Shown here piece after piece: positions 7,321 to 12,489 of a DNA stretch of 12,489 bases; the first letter of the stretch is position 1, and every line of letters begins with the position of its first letter. This DNA is from Microcystaceae cyanobacterium. GTDB lineage: Bacteria; Cyanobacteriota; Cyanobacteriia; Cyanobacteriales; Microcystaceae. Below the pieces are notes generated by a model. It saw only the letters and a list, made by a program, of their open reading frames with translations. It made no database searches and was not told the origin of the DNA. A program made the position numbers and the translations under genes. The stretch spans positions 1 to 12,489 of the forward strand of contig JBGTGT010000013.1 in NCBI GenBank assembly GCA_041746575.1, given 5' to 3'.

Positions 7321-8274
7321 ATGAATCAACTCTATCAGAGAATATTTGGCTTTATCACTACAACATTTTGCAGTTTTATGCTGATTTTATCGGCAAATCG
7401 AGTCCTTGCAGTTGCAGAGGAAAGCAATTTAAGCCATGGTGATCCAATTGCTAATTTTAACTGGTTTCAAGCTATTATTTTGGGAATGGTGCAAGGATTA
7501 ACGGAATTTCTACCAATTAGTAGCACAGCCCACCTCAAGGTCATTCCAGTGGCGTTAGGATGGGGCGATCCCGGTGTCACCTTTACGGCAGTCATTCAAC
7601 TCGGCAGTATTGTGGCAGTAATTTGGTATTTTTGGCAAGATTTAAGTCAAATTGTGAGGGGAATGTTCAAGGCAATTCAAACATCTGACTATTCCTCTCA
7701 AGCGTTTCGCCTAGCGATGGGAATCGGACTGGGAACTATCCCTATTATTATCTTGGGTTTAGCGTTAAAAGTCTTTGTTCCCGATTTGGATAATTCTCCG
7801 CTTCGCAGTTTAACAGCGATCGCCCTTGCTTCGATTATTATGGCTTTACTGTTAGCCTTAGCCGAAAAAGTTGGCGTTCATAAACGGGGATTTGAACAAC
7901 TATCTTGGCAAGATGGGGTATTAATGGGATTTGCTCAGTCTTTGGCCTTAATTCCGGGGGTCTCTCGCTCTGGATCAACCATTACCGCCGGATTATTTAT
8001 GAATTTAGAACGATCTACGGCGGCACGATTTTCGTTTCTACTCGGAATTCCAGCGATTACCCTAGCAGGATTAGTGGAAGCCAAAGACGTCTTGGATGCG
8101 GGCTTAGAAAAAAGTATCGTATTTCCTCTCATTATCGGGATTATTTCCTCAGCGATTTTCTCTTATCTTGCGATCGCTTGGTTAATTGACTATTTAAAAA
8201 AGCAAGATACTTGGTTATTTGTCTGGTATCGTCTCATTTTTGGAGTTGCCATTTTAGGATCAATTATTTTTTAG
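7321..8274 (+). CDS. uppP: Undecaprenyl-diphosphate phosphatase (BacA/UppP), 317 aa
   Basis: Catalytic motifs QGLTEFLPISSTAH and PGVSRSGST, AARFSFLLGIPA, C-terminal FVWYR and multiple transmembrane segments. Confidence 0.97.
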   Translation: MNQLYQRIFGFITTTFCSFMLILSANRVLAVAEESNLSHGDPIANFNWFQAIILGMVQGLTEFLPISSTAHLKVIPVALGWGDPGVTFTAVIQLGSIVAVIWYFWQDLSQIVRGMFKAIQTSDYSSQAFRLAMGIGLGTIPIIILGLALKVFVPDLDNSPLRSLTAIALASIIMALLLALAEKVGVHKRGFEQLSWQDGVLMGFAQSLALIPGVSRSGSTITAGLFMNLERSTAARFSFLLGIPAITLAGLVEAKDVLDAGLEKSIVFPLIIGIISSAIFSYLAIAWLIDYLKKQDTWLFVWYRLIFGVAILGSIIF

Positions 8275-8348
8275 ACCTAATAGGGGGAAATATTGACGAT
8301 TGAGAGCGATATCAAGCTTTTGTCTGTTTCTGCATTTTACCCCACGCC

Positions 8349-8933
8349 TTAAAAACCAAAATCTAACTCGTGGGAAGACTGAACTGTATCTTCCTGCGCT
8401 AGAGAAAGATTAGACCAATGATAATAATCTTGCAAGAGTTGAGTCAATAAACGTTGCTTAATACGCCCTAAAACCCCTTTCATAAGTCTATTGGCTGTCA
8501 TTTCTAAGATCGGTCTAGGCGTTAACCAGAGGGGAGGGGGTAATTCCACCTTCACTTCTAAGTTTGCCTTTCCTTTCAGATACGTTTGCCCTTGGCGTTG
8601 ATAAGGAAAGAGCTTTCCAGCTACATTTAGAGAAAAGCGGTGATTAATATAGTCAATCCCGATAATTTCACAGGATTCCGATTGAAGATAAACTGTTCCG
8701 TTAGCCACTGCCCAGACTTTTAGCACAACAGTCGGTTGAAAGTGGTAAAGATCCAGAAAACTTAAAGGACGCATTTTTAGGCGAAAATGTTGAGGGGATA
8801 GCTGTTCCATTAAGGAAGGGTCAGCAATTGCCTTGACTAATCGCTGAGGTTGGCGCAGGTAATGCTGAATCGGAATTTTTTCTTCATTAACGGCGATTTC
8901 TAAGGTTTCAGAAGCGGTAAAACGGACTGTCAT
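8349..8933 (-). CDS. DUF1997 domain-containing protein, 194 aa
   Basis: HYLRQPQRLV, FRLKMRPL.F, FQPTV.L, GIDYINHRFSL and LEVKVELPPPLWLTP, recognised as the cyanobacterial DUF1997 pattern. Confidence 0.85.
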   Translation of the reverse strand: MTVRFTASETLEIAVNEEKIPIQHYLRQPQRLVKAIADPSLMEQLSPQHFRLKMRPLSFLDLYHFQPTVVLKVWAVANGTVYLQSESCEIIGIDYINHRFSLNVAGKLFPYQRQGQTYLKGKANLEVKVELPPPLWLTPRPILEMTANRLMKGVLGRIKQRLLTQLLQDYYHWSNLSLAQEDTVQSSHELDFGF

Positions 8934-9098
8934 GGCAAGGAGTATCCACTGGTTCAGATTAGGAGCTTATCTTCATTTTACTTAACAGTTCTTAATAATT
9001 CAAACCGTTCAGTTTAATTATCATACTGCTTTAGGGGGAATGATGGGAAGTCGCCAAGAAATTCATCCTAAATACTAAATTATCGGTTAAACGAATCT

Positions 9099-9407
9099 CT
9101 ATTTACGGTCAGAAAGGAATTTTTCTATTTTTTCCTCTAAACAAATTTCTAAATATTTTTCTAAATAAACATATAAGTATTTATCTAAATAACGATTCAC
9201 ATGATTTTCAATATCTTTTTGTCGCACCGATAACGCCCCTTTTTCTAAGGTTTCACCCACATCGGTATCGATGTACAATTCCATTAATTCCAATAAAATG
9301 GCTGTTGCATTTGAGCCATTATTGCGACATTTGATTTTAAAAGCTTGCCACAACTCCGGATCACAATTAAAGGTTGCTAAAATTTTGTTTTTGCCCGTAT
9401 TACTCAT
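9099..9407 (-). CDS. Small hypothetical protein with ParG-like ribbon-helix-helix N-terminus and periodic helical tail, 102 aa
   Basis: ATG-started ORF filling the intergenic gap. ILATFNCD (strand), PELWQAFKIKCRNNG (helix A and Gly turn) and SNATAILLELMELYI (helix B) fit the RHH/ParG pattern. Confidence 0.65.
   Translation of the reverse strand: MSNTGKNKILATFNCDPELWQAFKIKCRNNGSNATAILLELMELYIDTDVGETLEKGALSVRQKDIENHVNRYLDKYLYVYLEKYLEICLEEKIEKFLSDRK
9135..9194. repeat. Five degenerate 12-nt tandem units inside the small RHH-like gene
   Basis: CTCTAAACAAAT TTCTAAATATTT TTCTAAATAAAC ATATAAGTATTT ATCTAAATAACG, encoding xYLx-type tetrapeptides on the minus strand. Confidence 0.75.
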
Positions 9408-9496
9408 GAGTTTGCCAAACAGTATTTTACATTAAACATTAAATAAAGAATTTATTCTGGTGTTCCTTAAAGGCGATCGCTGAACGAAAAGAAGTA

Positions 9497-12073
9497 TTAA
9501 CGAGTAACCCCTTGGATCACAGGACGAACTCCTGTTCCTTCAAAAGGACCCGGATTTCCGCTCCAATTAAAGTCACTAATCCGTAGATTAATCGAGCCAA
9601 TTTCTAGAGCAGGATTATAGCGAACTAAAACATTATAAGTACGACGACTGTATTCAATAAAATAATCGGTAGTAATTTCAGAATTTAACTCTAAATTTCG
9701 CACTGTTTGGATGCCAATTCTAACCGGCCCATAAACCTGTTGCGTCAGCCCAAGGGTTAAGGTTTGCGTATCCACAAATCGATCAAAGAAAAAAGGAGAT
9801 TCGTCGCCGCGCAACGATTGGCTAAAAACGATATTAAATCCCGTATAATCCAGAAAAGGTCGAGAAAAATGACCAAATTGCCCTAAAAGAGAGATACTAC
9901 CCGATAAAGAGGGTTGATTATCCCCACTACTATAATAACTAGCAACCCCCGTTAGACTTGTGCCGAATTGAATATAGGGAACGACGGGAAAAGGCGTGTA
10001 CTTTAATCCCTCCTCCGGCGTTGGGGGTAAAGCTTGGCCTCTCCACAGGGTAAAATAGCGATTGATTGAGGCCGCCCCCTGATATCGCATCAAACTGACT
10101 CGATTATTAATTAAACGACCATTGACGAACTTAGATTGATCAACCAATAAGTCAAAGCGATCGGTTGCTGAGTTAATATATTGAGCAGATGCTTGATAAG
10201 TGAGGCTAATCCCTGTATTGCCTATACTGTAATAGGGAGAAACCAAAATTGCGCCAATGCTACTTTGAACCGTCTGAAACCCTAATGATCCATTGAATAA
10301 ACGTTCTCGGAAATTGTATTCAAAGCGAAGATCGTGAGGACGACTGAGATCTCCGATATAATGCTGAATGCCTAATTGAGTTCGTAGGTAGTCTTCCGCC
10401 TCTCCTAGATTCAGACTGGCTAAGGAAAAGCGATTATACAGATTAGTCCGTTGACTGAACGTTGCGTCAAATTTCCAAGTAAGGCCAAAGACAGAGGGGG
10501 TTAAGGGGCCGACATCATCATCACTGGGATTCGCTTCTGGAAAAGAATCGGGCAGAAAAGCTTTTTGAATAAGATATTGGGGTTTAACTTCCCAGCGCAC
10601 CCATTCATTATCAATAATATTAAATCCCCGTTGAATGTATAACCCGCCCCGTTCCTCTCCATCAAATCCCAAGGATAATACCTCTGGCTCACGCTCGCGG
10701 CGATCAAAGACTAAGCGGTTTTGCGTGGGAATCGCCACCGTTTGATCCAAAACAAGACGAGAATTACTTAAACGCAGTTCGTCAACTAAGGGTGCAACGG
10801 GTCGAAAAGTAGCTGTCTCTGCCCTAACTTCTAATTCGGGTGGAGAAAAGGGATCATTGGTTAAGCGGACTTTTTGAGCATCCCATCCTTGAGAATTAAA
10901 TTCAATTTGTTCGGCTTGAAAACGAACTCGATTGATTTGTCCTCCCTGTTGGTTGGAGGAGAAAGGAGAGGAAAACCGCGTAGCAGGTTGTGCATTGGCC
11001 GGATCGAGACTGGTGCCAATTCCCGTTTGAAATCCCGGCTCGGGTTTAATATTTTGGACGGGTTGATTAACGCTTAACCGCTCACTTAAGGTTGCCCCCG
11101 AAAATCCTGCTAAATCGGTCGGTAAGGTCGGTGCAAAGTCTCTAGCGGTTGTTTTTTGGTAAATTTCTCCATAGGCATTAAAAACGACTCCGCGATCTTG
11201 CACAAAATAATACTCGAATTTTTCCCCTCTGAGGGTTTGATCTCCCCTTTGAAGCACCACTTCTCCTTCTGCTACGGCAAGACGATCAGGGATATTTACC
11301 CGCAAGCGATCGGCTAATAAGACGGCGTTGGCTAGGCGCATCACCACATTTCCTTTGGCGATGACAATTTGGTTTTCTGCGTCGTATTCTTGTTGATCGG
11401 CAATCAGTTCGATGACACCACTTACACGGCTAGGGACGGTTTCTCCTTCGTCTGAGGTTTCAGAGGAGCTATTTTGCGACAAATAGGGTTGATTCTGGGA
11501 AAATTGATAAGTTTTGCTCTCGCCATTCCTTCGGGTTGCAACGAGACGCTTTTCGGTTAATTCAATGATTTTTCCGGTAATATTATCTAATTCCTCGACT
11601 TCTCTATCTGCGGTTTGTTCGGTTGTACCTACCGAAATCGGTGTGCCGAGGTCATCCGCTTGTTGCTCTGTCGTTGGTAGGGGGTTTGTGGGGATATTTT
11701 GAGGAATTTTTTGAGGATCAGCGTAATAAAATTCAATAACTTCAACGCTCGTCGGTTGAATCGCTTTTTCGGCTATAGGGAGAGAATTTGAAGGGATATC
11801 TTGAGGAATTTTTTGAGGATTAATTTCCTGAAATTCGATGACTTCAACGGTTGCCGGTTGAATCGGTTTTTCTGCCTCTAAAGGGGGTAATTGACTGATT
11901 AAAACCGTATTTTCTTTGGTTGCCGGTTGAATCAGTTTTTCTGCCTCTAAAGGGGGTAATTGACTGATTAAAACCGTATTTTCTTTATTCTCCTTAGAAT
12001 TTGCCACAATTTCCATCGCTTCTGTCGAGACGATAGCAAAGGACAACGATGCAGCCATAAAGGAAGAAATCAT
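9497..12073 (-). CDS. DUF3769 domain-containing protein, LptD/OstA-like outer-membrane LPS assembly protein, about 858 aa
   Basis: OstA-like segment IELIADQQEYD..AKGNVVMR..LLADRL..AEGEVVLQRGDQTLRGEKFEY, then RLTNDPFSPPELE and the DUF3769 C-terminus GQFGHFSR..DYT..SPFFFDRFVD..EYSRRTY..RYNP..ISDFNW. Start is uncertain (TTG 12079, ATG 12073 or ATG 12058). Confidence 0.88.
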   Translation of the reverse strand: MISSFMAASLSFAIVSTEAMEIVANSKENKENTVLISQLPPLEAEKLIQPATKENTVLISQLPPLEAEKPIQPATVEVIEFQEINPQKIPQDIPSNSLPIAEKAIQPTSVEVIEFYYADPQKIPQNIPTNPLPTTEQQADDLGTPISVGTTEQTADREVEELDNITGKIIELTEKRLVATRRNGESKTYQFSQNQPYLSQNSSSETSDEGETVPSRVSGVIELIADQQEYDAENQIVIAKGNVVMRLANAVLLADRLRVNIPDRLAVAEGEVVLQRGDQTLRGEKFEYYFVQDRGVVFNAYGEIYQKTTARDFAPTLPTDLAGFSGATLSERLSVNQPVQNIKPEPGFQTGIGTSLDPANAQPATRFSSPFSSNQQGGQINRVRFQAEQIEFNSQGWDAQKVRLTNDPFSPPELEVRAETATFRPVAPLVDELRLSNSRLVLDQTVAIPTQNRLVFDRREREPEVLSLGFDGEERGGLYIQRGFNIIDNEWVRWEVKPQYLIQKAFLPDSFPEANPSDDDVGPLTPSVFGLTWKFDATFSQRTNLYNRFSLASLNLGEAEDYLRTQLGIQHYIGDLSRPHDLRFEYNFRERLFNGSLGFQTVQSSIGAILVSPYYSIGNTGISLTYQASAQYINSATDRFDLLVDQSKFVNGRLINNRVSLMRYQGAASINRYFTLWRGQALPPTPEEGLKYTPFPVVPYIQFGTSLTGVASYYSSGDNQPSLSGSISLLGQFGHFSRPFLDYTGFNIVFSQSLRGDESPFFFDRFVDTQTLTLGLTQQVYGPVRIGIQTVRNLELNSEITTDYFIEYSRRTYNVLVRYNPALEIGSINLRISDFNWSGNPGPFEGTGVRPVIQGVTR
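11672..11875. repeat. Older diverged tandem duplication, 2 x 102 bp (34 aa), in the DUF3769 gene
   Basis: TGAGGAATTTTTTGAGGA occurs at 11700 and 11802, 102 bp apart. Peptides are AEKPIQPATVEVIEFQEINPQKIPQDIPSNSLPI and AEKAIQPTSVEVIEFYYADPQKIPQNIPTNPLPT. Confidence 0.92.
11849..11986. repeat. Tandem duplication, 2 x 69 bp, 68/69 identical, in frame in the DUF3769 gene
   Basis: 11849-11917 and 11918-11986 differ only at 11865 G versus 11934 A. They encode KENTVLISQLPPLEAEK(L/P)IQPAT twice. Confidence 0.97.
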
Positions 12074-12116
12074 GCACAAGTACCCAGAAAAGCAAAATGG
12101 TCTTTAGTTATGATAA

Positions 12117-12146
12117 ATGACAAAGACTGATTTTATTAGGTATAAT
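12117..12146 (+). promoter_or_regulatory. Candidate sigma70-type promoter divergent from the DUF3769 gene
   Basis: ATGACA (12117-12122), 18-nt spacer, TATAAT (12141-12146). Confidence 0.4.
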
Positions 12147-12489
12147 GTTTCTCAGTGACCATAAAAGGGATGTTGAAGCAAAAAATGAGCAGATTTGACA
12201 GCGAATTCGATACATAATGCGGTCTAGCTCCCTTTTTCTTAAAAACCGTTGAAGATGAGCTATCTCATGATAACAGCTACGGGGATGGATCGCCTGAATC
12301 TGATAGCCTAAATTTTGAACGTGTTTGAATGGGGTAATTTGGGTAGCGACATTCGTGACAACTTAAGAGAATAAAGTAGATGTCAAGAACAGTTTTCCAG
12401 TGATTGGAGGCGGATGGGAAAGAAAGGACTCGCTTTATCCTAAAATAAATCAGAATAAACTATGATTAACTTTCAATGAGTCGAAAAAC

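Larger units (their letters stand above)
1375..9480. repeat. Dispersed HIP1 octamers (GCGATCGC), 7 copies
   Basis: Exact matches read by eye at 1375, 4682, 5706, 6908, 7816, 8170 and 9473. HIP1 over-representation is a cyanobacterial hallmark. Confidence 0.9.

Noticed and set aside
7905..8189. 94-aa plus ORF and 65-aa minus ORF (7935-8132)
   Set aside because: Both lie inside the highly conserved uppP coding region.
8349..9407. Toxin-antitoxin or partition module made of the RHH gene plus the downstream gene
   Set aside because: The downstream gene is DUF1997, 165 bp away, with no toxin or Walker-A ATPase motif.
10501..11702. Three short ORFs (10501-10707 minus, 10874-11077 plus, 11514-11702 plus)
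   Set aside because: All are nested in or antisense to the DUF3769 gene, with no recognisable motifs.
11672..11986. CRISPR-like array suggested by the repeats
   Set aside because: Units are contiguous, in frame and lack unique spacers, and there are no cas genes in the window.
12195..12218. TTGACA...CATAAT promoter
   Set aside because: The spacer is only 12 nt, too short for a sigma70 promoter.

Overview
Cyanobacterial chromosomal window (seven HIP1 GCGATCGC octamers, cyanobacteria-type OpcA, DUF3119, DUF1997, DUF3769), mostly housekeeping. Left to right: opcA and zwf (oxidative pentose phosphate pathway), an alpha/beta hydrolase, a DUF3119 protein, a solo TerB-like protein and an NdbB-type NDH-2 (all minus strand); uppP/bacA (plus strand); then a DUF1997 protein, a small orphan ParG-like ribbon-helix-helix protein and an LptD-like DUF3769 protein (minus strand). 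I see no rRNA, tRNA, CRISPR array, transposase or defence island, and I cannot support a complete new multi-gene system. The best leads are: (1) a Zwf that appears to lack two usual cyanobacterial cysteines (G265, A445) beside a Cys-rich OpcA; (2) an orphan RHH protein with an exact 4-residue/12-nt periodic tail; (3) an 80-bp structured element behind opcA; (4) oppositely oriented heptamer arrays between zwf and opcA; (5) recent nested duplications in the LptD-like N-terminus. Family assignments come from motif recognition and recall, not database searches.
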